Below, piece after piece: positions 45,464 through 56,179 of a stretch of 64,000 bases of DNA. Position 1 is the stretch's first letter. Every line of letters starts with the position of its first letter. The notes under the pieces are model-generated. The model was not told the DNA's origin. It saw nothing but the letters and a program-made list of their open reading frames with translations, and did no database searches. A program made the position numbers and the translations under genes. This DNA comes from Histomonas meleagridis 2922-C6/04-290x (taxonomy: Eukaryota; Protista; Parabasalia), in NCBI GenBank assembly GCA_020184695.1, contig JAANOX010000019.1, positions 124,001-188,000 on the forward strand, read 5' to 3'.

Positions 45464-47675
45464 TTGAAAACATTTTGTGGCCGTTTAATTATAAACGATT
45501 TGATTGTAGCTAAAGTTCAACAGAGTGAATTAGAAAAACTAGAAAAAATTCATCAAATTACTTATAACTTAGATAGCAGGAACGTTGTATTATCTGCACA
45601 TACAATAATCGATATATTAGATCTTAATTACATATTATCATTTAACATAATTATTAGCGAGATGATATATTATTCATTTTTTTCTCAATCAAATGATTCT
45701 ACAATATATCTTGATTTTTTAATAGAGATTGAAGAATATGAAAAAATGAATAAGGTCAAGCTCAGAATATTAAATGTTTTTTCACACTTCCTTATTAAAA
45801 AAAATTCACAAGATGCAAATTATTTTCTTATGAATATGATTGAGCAAAATCTAATAGATTCATACATTCTAGATATTATAAAAAATACAAAAAATAAATA
45901 CTATATACTGTATATGTTACCTGAAGAATCAAATAAATTAAAAAGGTATTTTAAGAAAAGATTTAATGCTAACTATGAAGAACTTTCAAAGAATGATTTT
46001 GCACTTCATAAACAATTAGTGAAAGAAGGACATAATCCAAATGAAATTGCAAAAATCATTCGAAATGAGGACTTAGAAAAACTTCAAGAATTATCATCGC
46101 AAACAAACTTTGATTTTAATCAAACAATTCCAAAATCACTTTATGAAAGATGTTCATTTATAAATAAAGAAAATGTTACATTAATTGATTATGCAGCCTT
46201 TTTTTCTTCAGTGAAATGTTTTAAGTATTTACTTATGAACGGAGCAAAAGTATATTATACATATGAATATGCAATTGCTGGTGGAAATCTTGAAATCATT
46301 CATTTGTGCGCACAAAACAAAGCAGCATTTAAAAATTTATATAAAACATCTATCGAATTTCATCGAAATGATATCTTTAAATATCTTTATGAAAATAAAA
46401 TTTATATAAACCTAAAAAAAATTGGAAAAAAATGTCTTTTATATCATAATTATGAAATTCTATCATTTTTACTTGAAAATAGAATGAAAATCAACAATTT
46501 TATTATGAATGAAACAGCAAGAGCTGGAAATATATTTCTTCTCAAACATTTTCATAAGTTTAAACAACTTCCCAAAAATATTTTTGTATTTGCTTCAGAA
46601 TCAGGAAATATAGAAATAGTAAAATATGTTTTAGGACAAAAAGAAATTGATATTCATTTGAAAAATATACATTTATTATATTTAATAATTACTTCAATAT
46701 TTTGATATTCTAAAATAATATTTGGATTTTTTGTCAATTATTTAAAACAGCTCTTATGATTGCATCTGAAAATGGTCATGTAGATATTGTAAAATTAATT
46801 TTAGAACAAAAAGATATTGATATCAATGAGAAAACTCTTTATTTATTTTATTTAAAATTTAATTTAACTTTAAAATATTTCAAAATAAAACTTGGAATTT
46901 ATATGAAATATTTACCACAGCACTAATTTTAGCAACTGAAAACCGGCATGCAGAAATCGTTAAATTACTTCTTGAACAAAAAGAAATTGATGTTAATGCC
47001 AAACGTGTTTGCTTGTTTTATCCAAGATTTAATCCAATGATTTGATACTTCAAAATAATATTTGATAATCAAATAAATCATTTCGAACTTCACTTATTTT
47101 GGCATCAAAACTTGGCGATTTAGAAATAGTTAAATTATTTCTTGAATATAAAGGAATTAACATAAATAATAGAGATACTTTTTTTTTCTTTTTTGCAATT
47201 TATTTGAATAATTTTGTGTTTCTAAATAATTTTTGGAAATTATTTAGATTATTTAATACAGCACTTATATTGGCATCTAAAAATAAACACATAAAAATAG
47301 TTAAATTGCTTCTTGAACAAAAAGGAATTGATATCAATAAAAAAGATTTTTATTTGTTTTGTTCTTTATTTATTCCAATGATTTTGGATTTCAAAATAAT
47401 ATTTGGAAAATATTTAAATTCTTTCGAACAGCACTTATTTGGTCATCTGAATATGGTCATACAGAAATTGTTAAATTACTTCTTGAACAAGAAGGAATTG
47501 ATATTAATGCTAAAGATATTTATTTGTTTTATTTTTAATTTATTTTAATAATTTATGATTTCAAAATAATATTCAGAAATTATTTAAATTAATTGAAACA
47601 GCACTAATAAAAGCCTACAAAAAAAGTTATTCTGTAATAGTAAAATTACTTTCCGAGCAAAAGAATTTCTATTAG
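45464..47675 (+). CDS. DUF3447-type ankyrin repeat gene B, paralog of gene A with six interrupted ankyrin cassettes; start codon unclear
   Basis: Same motifs as gene A. Cassettes start at 46747, 46917, 47087, 47258, 47428 and 47598; the last ends at TAG 47675. Confidence 0.75.
46670..47597 (+). repeat. 170-nt period array: ankyrin cassette plus AT-rich insert (gene B)
   Basis: Gaps 46670-46746, 46840-46916, 47010-47086, 47180-47257, 47351-47427, 47521-47597 (77, 77, 77, 78, 77, 77 nt). Confidence 0.92.
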
Positions 47676-47907
47676 TTTTTGATATAATGACTAGATATTA
47701 AAAATAAAAAAATTTATTTAATCTTTTTTAAGCTCAAAAAAATTTTTGGAACTTGAGTCCCATGAATTGAACAGGGCGATAGAAAAAGCTTTAATCAAAA
47801 AAAACTGTTTACACCACACAAAATTCAATGTTCTTCGCCACAACAATTCAAATGTGTTGTAAATAAAATCTGTGGGTGCCCGTTTTATTAAATCAACGGA
47901 GAAGAAA

Positions 47908-48789
47908 ATGCCAATGGATGCTACCTACAACGAACTTTTAATATCAGAAGATCCTTCAGAAATGGAATCTTTTGAAGAAAAGAAACCGAAAAAGAAATGT
48001 TACCGTAGTTGGTACATGATTCTTCTTTACATTCTTCTTGGAATCATAGTAATTTTGGCAATAACTTTATGGATTGTTATAGTTTTTGCAGAGTATGGTC
48101 AATGTACAAGATCGTGTAAGCTTGAATTATGTGAATATCCAAACATGTCTGAATGCTTACTGGGAAATACAATTACAGGAAAAAGAAAAAAGGCATCTGA
48201 CCGAAAAAAGTGCATTTGTCAAGCTCCTGAGCTTGGTGTAAAAGATCTTGAAATTGATCGTTATGCAGCTGTTGCAGATACTTGGTCAATAGACAAAAAC
48301 GAAACACGCTATTGTGCAGTACCACAAAATTCCACTAGTGGAAATGGCGTCACATATGCATCTAAATCCGATGCTGAAGCAGATAATGCTCTTCTTCTTC
48401 ATTTAGGCCCTTGCGGAACGTGCTCAAGTATTAGTGATAAAGATGCGTATAATAAGACTGCACAAACGCTTACAAAAACTTCTACAAAAGCAGCAATTGC
48501 TGCAGTATTTGGTGAAGGAATGGCTCGAAATATATTACGGAAAACAAATTTATCCGAAAAATGTATTGACTGTTGGATTGGTAACATTCATCAAACATTA
48601 ATTCATTGTTTTGGTAGATGCATATTTGGTGATCGTTCCGGGTGTAACAAGAACGGTGAATTAACTGATTGCCTTTACTGTGACGAGGTTTATTCTGGTA
48701 TGTATTTTAGAAAATGTGCTGGTATGACAAGAAGAAGAGCTGGAATTGTAACAGATATTTGTAGAAAACCAGGCGAAGTTGTAGAATAA
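47908..48789 (+). CDS. Cys-rich type II membrane protein of unknown function
   Basis: One N-terminal TM, then HLGPCGTCS, CIDCWIGN, CFGRC and CLYCDE...FRKCAGMTRRRAGI. Confidence 0.8.
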   Translation: MPMDATYNELLISEDPSEMESFEEKKPKKKCYRSWYMILLYILLGIIVILAITLWIVIVFAEYGQCTRSCKLELCEYPNMSECLLGNTITGKRKKASDRKKCICQAPELGVKDLEIDRYAAVADTWSIDKNETRYCAVPQNSTSGNGVTYASKSDAEADNALLLHLGPCGTCSSISDKDAYNKTAQTLTKTSTKAAIAAVFGEGMARNILRKTNLSEKCIDCWIGNIHQTLIHCFGRCIFGDRSGCNKNGELTDCLYCDEVYSGMYFRKCAGMTRRRAGIVTDICRKPGEVVE

Positions 48790-49305
48790 GTTTAAAAATA
48801 AGAAAAAAATAATTATATCTATTTTTGAAAGATTCATTATGATGATAGTTTAATACTGACTTAAATGATTTAATAAAACTTTTGATAAATAACTGGATTG
48901 ACTTAAATTGTTGTAAATTCATCTAAACAAAATTAACATTGAGTTGAAGATAAGCTAAAAAATGAAAAACATTCCGGTGGAAAACATTACGGTCAAAAAA
49001 CCGTTTGTTTGATAGTTAAAAAGTTAATTAAATCAGTAGTTTACAAAACACGAAAGAAAATATTTTGTGTAAAAAGGAAGTAAACATCAATTTGATTTTA
49101 AAACAAGAGCTATTCGAATAGCGTGTTAAAAAAATATTACTAATTTCACAAGTATTTTGCTGAAATATTATTGAGGTGACAAATTAAATAAATGTTAGCA
49201 TGAAAAATTGTGACGGATTGCATTTCTAAAATCTCAGCTTTGCTTTTCAATTTATAAAGAAATACTTTGAGAAATAATTTAGTAAAAAGGAATTAAACAG
49301 GACAT

Positions 49306-49899
49306 TTAGGAGATAATGCACTTTCGCTTTTGTGAATCTTGTTCGGTTTGCTCTTGCTGTTGGGTATCGCATGGGGAACCTGTGAATTTAACAGATTCGA
49401 TTGCAGCAAAAGAAAATAATTTATCAACATTATCACCAGAATGTGCGGAAACAAAAAAGATGTTTTCGAATACTCCATCATAGGACGCGTGAATTTCATT
49501 TTCAGTGAACACAAAAGAATCAGTTTTATCAGTTTTGTTCACAGCTAAAGCCATTGGAGGTAGTTTTTTGCAATTTTCCTTTACGATGTTAACCCATCTC
49601 TGTATAGATGCGAATGAATCTCTGTTCGTTATTGAAGCTACGATAATAACAAAAGATGCTCCTTTGGCATATATTGGCATTAAAGATTGATAATCTTGCC
49701 CAGCAGTATCCCAAATATGAACATCTATAGGTCCATATGTATCAAGGATTAATCGTTTTCTTAGATGATCGCAGCCAACTGTTTGTTTTTCGTTTGTTGA
49801 ATAAACTCCCATCATCCACTTATTCACCAATGATGTTTTCCCTGTTTCAGTGTCTCCAAGTAGAACAATCTTAAAGTGCTGTATCTCTCCATCAGCCAT
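49306..49899 (-). CDS. Rab-like small GTPase
   Basis: GDTETGKTS, DTAGQ, NKTD and SAH boxes; C-terminal CIIS. Confidence 0.9.
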   Translation of the reverse strand: MADGEIQHFKIVLLGDTETGKTSLVNKWMMGVYSTNEKQTVGCDHLRKRLILDTYGPIDVHIWDTAGQDYQSLMPIYAKGASFVIIVASITNRDSFASIQRWVNIVKENCKKLPPMALAVNKTDKTDSFVFTENEIHASYDGVFENIFFVSAHSGDNVDKLFSFAAIESVKFTGSPCDTQQQEQTEQDSQKRKCIIS

Positions 49900-50014
49900 T
49901 ATTTGATTTGAATGAGGAAACGATTAAAAGCCGTTATTTATCCATTTTTTGAATGAATTTTAACGTACTTCACTTCAAGCAAGAGATTTTAACGTTCTTC
50001 CGTTCCAATGAACG

Positions 50015-50802
50015 GATTAATAACAAGTGTTGTGCCATTGTAAGGAATGAAAGTCTAAATACATGATTTGTATTGGTCAATGTAATAATGTTTCATCTTC
50101 TAAAAAAAAATAAAAAATAAAAATAAAATGAAAATTCAAAATGGTTATCCATTTTATTGTTGTTGTTGAGATGAGTTCTTCTTGTAATCAATGATCCTGC
50201 TTTCACCATTAGATGAAATAACAGTAACAATGATTTCATCTCCTGAATCGTTGTTTTCATATTCATTAATAACCTTTTGGCAAATTTCATCATCACCAAG
50301 TTCAACATCTTCGCGCATGTTACCTTGAAGATCAAGAAGTTGAGTGTTCTTACCATCAATATTGATAAGTGCATAATCTTGACGTTGAACAAACGGAACT
50401 TCAATGTCGTGTGAAGTGGGAAGATGTGCTTCATAACGACGACCTGTGAAGATATCAGTACCTGCAATATTAGCTTTAGCATGACCATGTTTACCTGTCT
50501 TAGACTTGGCAATATCAACAACACGACATGGACGTCCTTCAAGGAGAACATAACCACCCTTCTTAAGTTTGTTGACTGGAATAGATGTAGATTCAAGTGC
50601 ACCAGTATCAATATGGGCAATATCAAGATCGTGATGTTCTTCTTCAGCCATTATAATTTGTGGCCTAAAATTCAATAGACTTCGTTTGGTCTCACTTTTA
50701 TTTCAATTTTTCTTTAAATTTCTGTTTGACCATACATTTCGTTGTCATTTTAGGTCCTAACTTTTTCATCGAGTTTTTTGAACCAAAATTTTACATTTCA
50801 AT
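50015..50802. repeat. Dispersed direct duplication of eIF5A plus flanks, copy 2
   Basis: Matches 35898-36686 at an offset of about 14116 nt. Confidence 0.95.
50154..50651 (-). CDS. EIF5A: Translation factor eIF5A, copy 2
   Basis: Protein identical to copy 1. Confidence 0.97.
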   Translation of the reverse strand: MAEEEHHDLDIAHIDTGALESTSIPVNKLKKGGYVLLEGRPCRVVDIAKSKTGKHGHAKANIAGTDIFTGRRYEAHLPTSHDIEVPFVQRQDYALINIDGKNTQLLDLQGNMREDVELGDDEICQKVINEYENNDSGDEIIVTVISSNGESRIIDYKKNSSQQQQ

Positions 50803-50883
50803 TTAACCTCAGACGTTTATAACGATGAACAAAATTCTCAAAAATTTTTTCCATTCGCCAAATAACAACAACAAATTCTTTAT

Positions 50884-52605
50884 TTACATATTGAAAAACA
50901 CAGTATCTTTTGCCATTGCTGACATATCCTTCATCAAGATATTATGTTGATAATAATTATTTCTTTCCAAGTAGTCGGTACTTCTATTTAATATCTCATC
51001 TAAACCTGGCTCTCCGTCATCTGCCGCATTATTATCGCCATAAAAAGGGTTTTCATTTTGATCCAATTTCATCAACGAATAATTTCCTTGTAAAGCCTCG
51101 AGTATCATTCTTGCTCCTTCAATTGATATATTATTCTTCGATATATCCAACTCCAATAATGTCGAGTTACCAGCGATACCTTCTGCGATATATTTACATC
51201 CTTCATCAGATATCATACATGATGACATTCCGATTACTTGAAGAGTTTTATTTGTCTTCAATAACTTCGAAAATGACTTCATAGCCGAATCCGAAGTGAA
51301 GAAGTTTTTGCTCAATGAAATATGTTCCAATGTATTATTAATAATTAATGCGTTACACAACGCTACGAACCCATCACTTGTCATTGATACTTCATTTAGC
51401 TCCAAATCTTTCAGTGTCTTATTAACTTTTAACTTCTCAGCAATCATTTTAATCGAATTACTATCGAATGTATTGCCGCTTAAGCGCATTACTGTGATCG
51501 ATGTGTTCTTCGCAATTAATTCGCATAAGATTTCGGCTCCGCTCGAGTCAATAGAGTTATATCGTAAGTCAATTGTCTTCAACGTTTTGTTGTTCATTAA
51601 CGAAACGGCGATGGGCCATACTCCATAAGAGCGTAAGTTGTTCCGCGACAAATCCAAAAATTGTAATGTCGCGTTCTTGGATAACGCAACGCCGAAGTAT
51701 CCGGCGGTGTGCGTTGAGAATAAATTAGCGCCGAGTTGTAGCTTTAATAAACTTTTGTTCTTAAAGATCATGTCGGCTAAGTATATCGCGCCTTTGTCAT
51801 CGATTTTATTATACGATAACGCTAAAGTGGTTAATGAACAGTTCATGCGTAGGCTCATGCATAGTTCTTCTAATAGTTTCGCAGTGAGGGAACAATGCCA
51901 AAGATATAATGCTTGCAGTGAACATGTCGGAGCTTCGAATAGACGGCCTAAGGAATTAATGGCATTAAAATTAAGCTCGTCTTGAATGAGTAAGGTCTTG
52001 AGTGTATGATTGTCTAATAAAGAATCGGCTAAGGCGGCAGCTCCTAATTCATTACATCCACATTTGATGACATCTAAGCCCGTAAGATTGGTGTTACTTG
52101 TAAGTGAACACGCAATGGATTCAATCCCACGGTCTCCTATTTGTGGATTGTCACGAAGATCAAGCCAATAGACGGGAACATTAGAACGTAAAGCACCAGC
52201 TAAGGCTTCAGCACCCATTAATGAAAAGTCATTCTTACGAAGACAAACACTAATAGGGTCACGATTGGGTGGAAGCTTTTTAAGAGTTTTGGATAATTCA
52301 ATTATTGATTCATCCGAAAGTTTGTTATTGGAGATTTCAAGGTGTGTAAGTTTGGGGTTGGTTAGAAGTAGATTGAAGATTTTAATGGCAGATTTTTCGG
52401 TTAATGCATTATCAAAAAGAACAATTTTGGAAATAAAACTATTACTGTTAAGTGCTTCAATTAGAATATCAATCATATCATCGGTCATTTGAATTGTACA
52501 CATGTTGAGCGAGTTAATAATAGGATCATTTCTCTTGAGCAGTGGCACTATCCTTTGAAACCGCTCCATTATTTGTGAAAACGTTAAATACTCATTAACG
52601 TTCAT
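50884..52605 (-). CDS. RNI-like leucine-rich repeat protein
   Basis: 28-aa repeats such as LTTLALSYNKIDDKGAIYLADMI and LKTIDLRYNSIDSSGAEILCELI; ATG at 52605. Confidence 0.9.
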   Translation of the reverse strand: MNVNEYLTFSQIMERFQRIVPLLKRNDPIINSLNMCTIQMTDDMIDILIEALNSNSFISKIVLFDNALTEKSAIKIFNLLLTNPKLTHLEISNNKLSDESIIELSKTLKKLPPNRDPISVCLRKNDFSLMGAEALAGALRSNVPVYWLDLRDNPQIGDRGIESIACSLTSNTNLTGLDVIKCGCNELGAAALADSLLDNHTLKTLLIQDELNFNAINSLGRLFEAPTCSLQALYLWHCSLTAKLLEELCMSLRMNCSLTTLALSYNKIDDKGAIYLADMIFKNKSLLKLQLGANLFSTHTAGYFGVALSKNATLQFLDLSRNNLRSYGVWPIAVSLMNNKTLKTIDLRYNSIDSSGAEILCELIAKNTSITVMRLSGNTFDSNSIKMIAEKLKVNKTLKDLELNEVSMTSDGFVALCNALIINNTLEHISLSKNFFTSDSAMKSFSKLLKTNKTLQVIGMSSCMISDEGCKYIAEGIAGNSTLLELDISKNNISIEGARMILEALQGNYSLMKLDQNENPFYGDNNAADDGEPGLDEILNRSTDYLERNNYYQHNILMKDMSAMAKDTVFFNM

Positions 52606-53387
52606 CAATATACAAAACTGTTCTTTCGATAAAATACAAAATATAATATAAAAAATTTCAAGAAAGAAGTTTTTTTCAAGTTACCAAGTGAAGCGGTATT
52701 TTTTTTAAATTAATATTATTTATTCATCCTTTTTCGATTATGACAAAAAAGAGTTAACTAAAGTAGATTAATATGCCATTTTGAAATCATTTTAGAAATG
52801 CAAGTAGTTCTTATATATTGATTCATATTGGTGATAAAAAAATTCAAATTTTATATCCAGTTTCTTCCAGAATTGTTATGCTTATATACATATTACAAAT
52901 GGTTTAACGTCTTTAAAGAAAAAAATCATATTTTTGTAGATAATAAATAAAATTCATTTTTTATTGAGAATTGAGTTAACCTTCATAAAGTATTTACTGA
53001 TTCCTGAATTATAAAAATGTATATTGAATATGGCCTTAGTTACTGAGATATGAATCAAAATTTTTCGATTAATAAAAACTAGGAATTTTTTTGACTTAAA
53101 TATTATTATAGAACATAAAATGTAATGGTCGTTCATCCTGGCTTGATGATATAAACCCAATTTTTTAACGAGTTATGATCAATCAAAATTCAGAAGAAAT
53201 TATTTTGTATAATCAAATTACATATAATTGACAGAAAAACCATATTGAAATATAGCATGTGAATATAACTTTTTTAGTTCTTTGATTATATTTCTAAAGC
53301 ATAACTAAAAAAATCAAAAATATTAACTAAAAAACGAATTTTTGGTGACCGTTTAGAAATTAACAGTGTCCTTCTGCATTTGATTCA

Positions 53388-53909
53388 CTAATGGGCCCCT
53401 TCTGTCTGAGCTCTTTCCCGCTGATGTTGTATAATTCGCAGATAGTTTGATAATACAGCACATGAAATTGGAAAACTCCCCAAAAAAAGGATACAAGAAG
53501 TGATAATGGAATTAATTCCAACACCTTTCGAGGAGCGAAGAAATGAATCGCATTCTTGCATCGAAAGATTTTCACAAATATCTGAATTTCCATAATGGAC
53601 AAGCGTTGAACCCAAACCTATTTGAACAATGGAAATAACTAAACAAAAAATCAAGTAATAGATAAAAAGATTACCCTGATTCCATTTCTTGACTGATATT
53701 ATCCGGATCAAAACCACAATAAAAATTGTAACTGCAAGCACAAAACTTGTTAACCCGATTATGCTTTGGCAAATTCTGTTAGTGTTGTTCGGAATAGCGC
53801 CAAGATCATTTCGACAGTAAACAAAAATTGAGTGAATGAAAGGAGGAAGTTCCAGAATGGAAGTGAGAACACAGAGTCCAAATAAAAATGCAAGGTCGAG
53901 ATTGTTCAT
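53388..53909 (-). CDS. Small four-TM membrane protein (tetraspan-like topology)
   Basis: Four hydrophobic segments and a Cys-containing loop before the last TM. Confidence 0.65.
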   Translation of the reverse strand: MNNLDLAFLFGLCVLTSILELPPFIHSIFVYCRNDLGAIPNNTNRICQSIIGLTSFVLAVTIFIVVLIRIISVKKWNQGNLFIYYLIFCLVISIVQIGLGSTLVHYGNSDICENLSMQECDSFLRSSKGVGINSIITSCILFLGSFPISCAVLSNYLRIIQHQRERAQTEGAH

Positions 53910-54189
53910 AGATGATATCTACGTTTTTAGATGGGCTTCGTAGTTTCAAAACGTGAAGTGTCTTAACGTTCTCTGCGGACAAACCTTGTCAATTTTAGTA
54001 GCAAAAAAATTGTGTAAAAAAAGCGGGGTTTTCACCAATGTTTTTGGAAATGTGATATAAAAAAACTGAATAAGAATATTTAAATTATCTTCAATTTCAT
54101 GATCTTCAAAAAAAGGTAGAATTTTTATATATGATTTAATTTGTTAAATTTATTTATTGGAAATGTTAAAGATTTTTCATTACTTTTAC

Positions 54190-54959
54190 TAAAATAAATA
54201 TGAACATCAGATGTATAATTTGTTATATAATTATACCATTCCATATTATTTGGTGAAAATGGTTTAATTCCAAAACGACTTGAATAATGTTCATTTGTAG
54301 TATAATAACACTAAGTAATGTATAACATGGATTTTCAAGTATATTAAAACATATTTATCATTAATTATTTTATTTGTTATATATTTAACTCTTTCTTCAC
54401 ACCAAAATGAAGAATTATCTAAAGACCAAGGATTTACATTTTTATTTTTACTAATAATATGATTACTTGTTTTTAATAAACCTAGATAAAATTCTTCTTT
54501 TCCATTAATTAGTGAAATATTTTTACCTGCAAATGGATCAAAATCATTAACATTTGTAATATCGATTGAATATTTATAATAGAAAGAAATTCAATGTTAA
54601 TGATATGAAAATGGTTTTTCTAGTTTTATATATGCAGTAAATATATTCGATTTTAAATCTAAATATGGTTGAGATGAATAAACATTTGAAATTGATGAAG
54701 TTATTTCAACATTAAATCCATTCATGTTTTGAAGTAAAGCATTTTCATAAATATATAAGAATTTTGGAAATATCATAACACTCCTACAATTTAGATATGA
54801 AACTATATCATTACATTCAAATATATAACAATTTAATATAATATTTGCTTCATTTACAAAACTATGTATATTTGATTCATGAATTATAACTGTATCAATG
54901 TTAAGTCTATCTGGAATTGGACAATTTCCTATGATTATTAAATTAATATTCAGTTGCAT
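54190..54959 (-). pseudogene. Decayed coding fragment of unknown family
   Basis: A 120-codon open stretch without ATG continues past stops into further protein-like text (NVNDFDPFAGKNISLINGKEEFYLG...). Confidence 0.35.
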
Positions 54960-56179
54960 TTTTGTTTAAAATATAAGTTAGATTTGTGTTATGTGTGTTT
55001 ATTGTTAGTTCTTGCGCTTTTTTCCTTGTTATGATTCTTTTCGTTTGGGAAGATAATTAAAATATTGTTGAATTTCGGATTCCATTTCTTTTGTTTGTTC
55101 GATATTTAATTGGTTATTATCTTCTAAGTGAATTGTTGCGTTATGGGATAATGTTCCTGCTGTTTGTGTTAAACGATGCTTTGATGAAATTATTGATAAA
55201 ATTGATTTCAAATCAGTTTCATAATTTATAATTCATGAATTGTTGTTGAGAAAAGCGCCTGACTTCACTTCCTCCACTTTTTGAGCGAATTATACAATAA
55301 ATTATATTAGTTGATGGAAAAAATATCGTATACGAACTTTTTGAATTGTATTTACAACAGAGTTCACAAAATGTTTCCTCGAATATTTCATAATCATGAC
55401 AGCGTTGAGCAAAACGTCTTTAAGATAATCACGTCGTGTACATATAAGTTCCCTGACATTGAGTAATCTAATGAAGCAATTGACTCATTAGTAAAATTGA
55501 ATTTAGATTCTAAGAAAAGATTTGGGTCGAGAGATAGTAATGATATTTTTAATCACTCATTCCTATGCCGGTATAAACGAGTATAATTAAAAGCCGCCTT
55601 TTATACCATAGCTTGATTCACTATAAGATACAACGTATTTCTTGGAAAGATATATGTTCAGAGAAAATGATGTATCTGATATATTGTTCGATAATAATGA
55701 GTTAAGATTTTTATATTAAAGAATTAATTTAAAGTAAAAAAGAAATTCGAAGTTAACAGAAAAAAAACATTATCATGTGATAAACACCCTGTAGTTTGAC
55801 CATCTTTACACTCAAAATTTGTAAAATTACCAATTTTATAATAACGAATTATATTTGGACTGTGAAAATGAAATAGTTAAGTGGTCTTAATTTTTTTTAG
55901 ATATTAATAATACTTTTATCAGAAATATTAAGTAACAATTCACTTTAAAAAATACCTTTATTAATATGCTAGTATATAATATATAGAATTTCAAGTAGAT
56001 TCATCTAATCTTCGATCTGAAGATTTGCTTTTTCACGTCATATTACATATGATAAAGATAAACTATTGAAAATGAAAAACTGGATGATTTTTAAGTACCT
56101 TAATTTTGAGTGTAAATTGAATCCGAAGTGGATTTTTTTCAGAAATGGTTGTCAGCTTGACGTTTTAATCTTCCAAAAC

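Noticed and set aside
43668-47597. Canonical GT-AG or AT-AC introns as the explanation for the ankyrin inserts
   Set aside because: The only 5' GT (in TTG TTT) is missing from some inserts, and 46840-46916 has no GT at all. The only nearby AG/AC lies inside the Thr-Ala codons, and joining these sites gives the wrong frame. No ACTAAC branch motif is present.
43668-47597. CRISPR-like repeat-spacer array
   Set aside because: The host is eukaryotic, the units are 170 nt, both parts are homologous between units, one part encodes ankyrin, and there are no cas genes.
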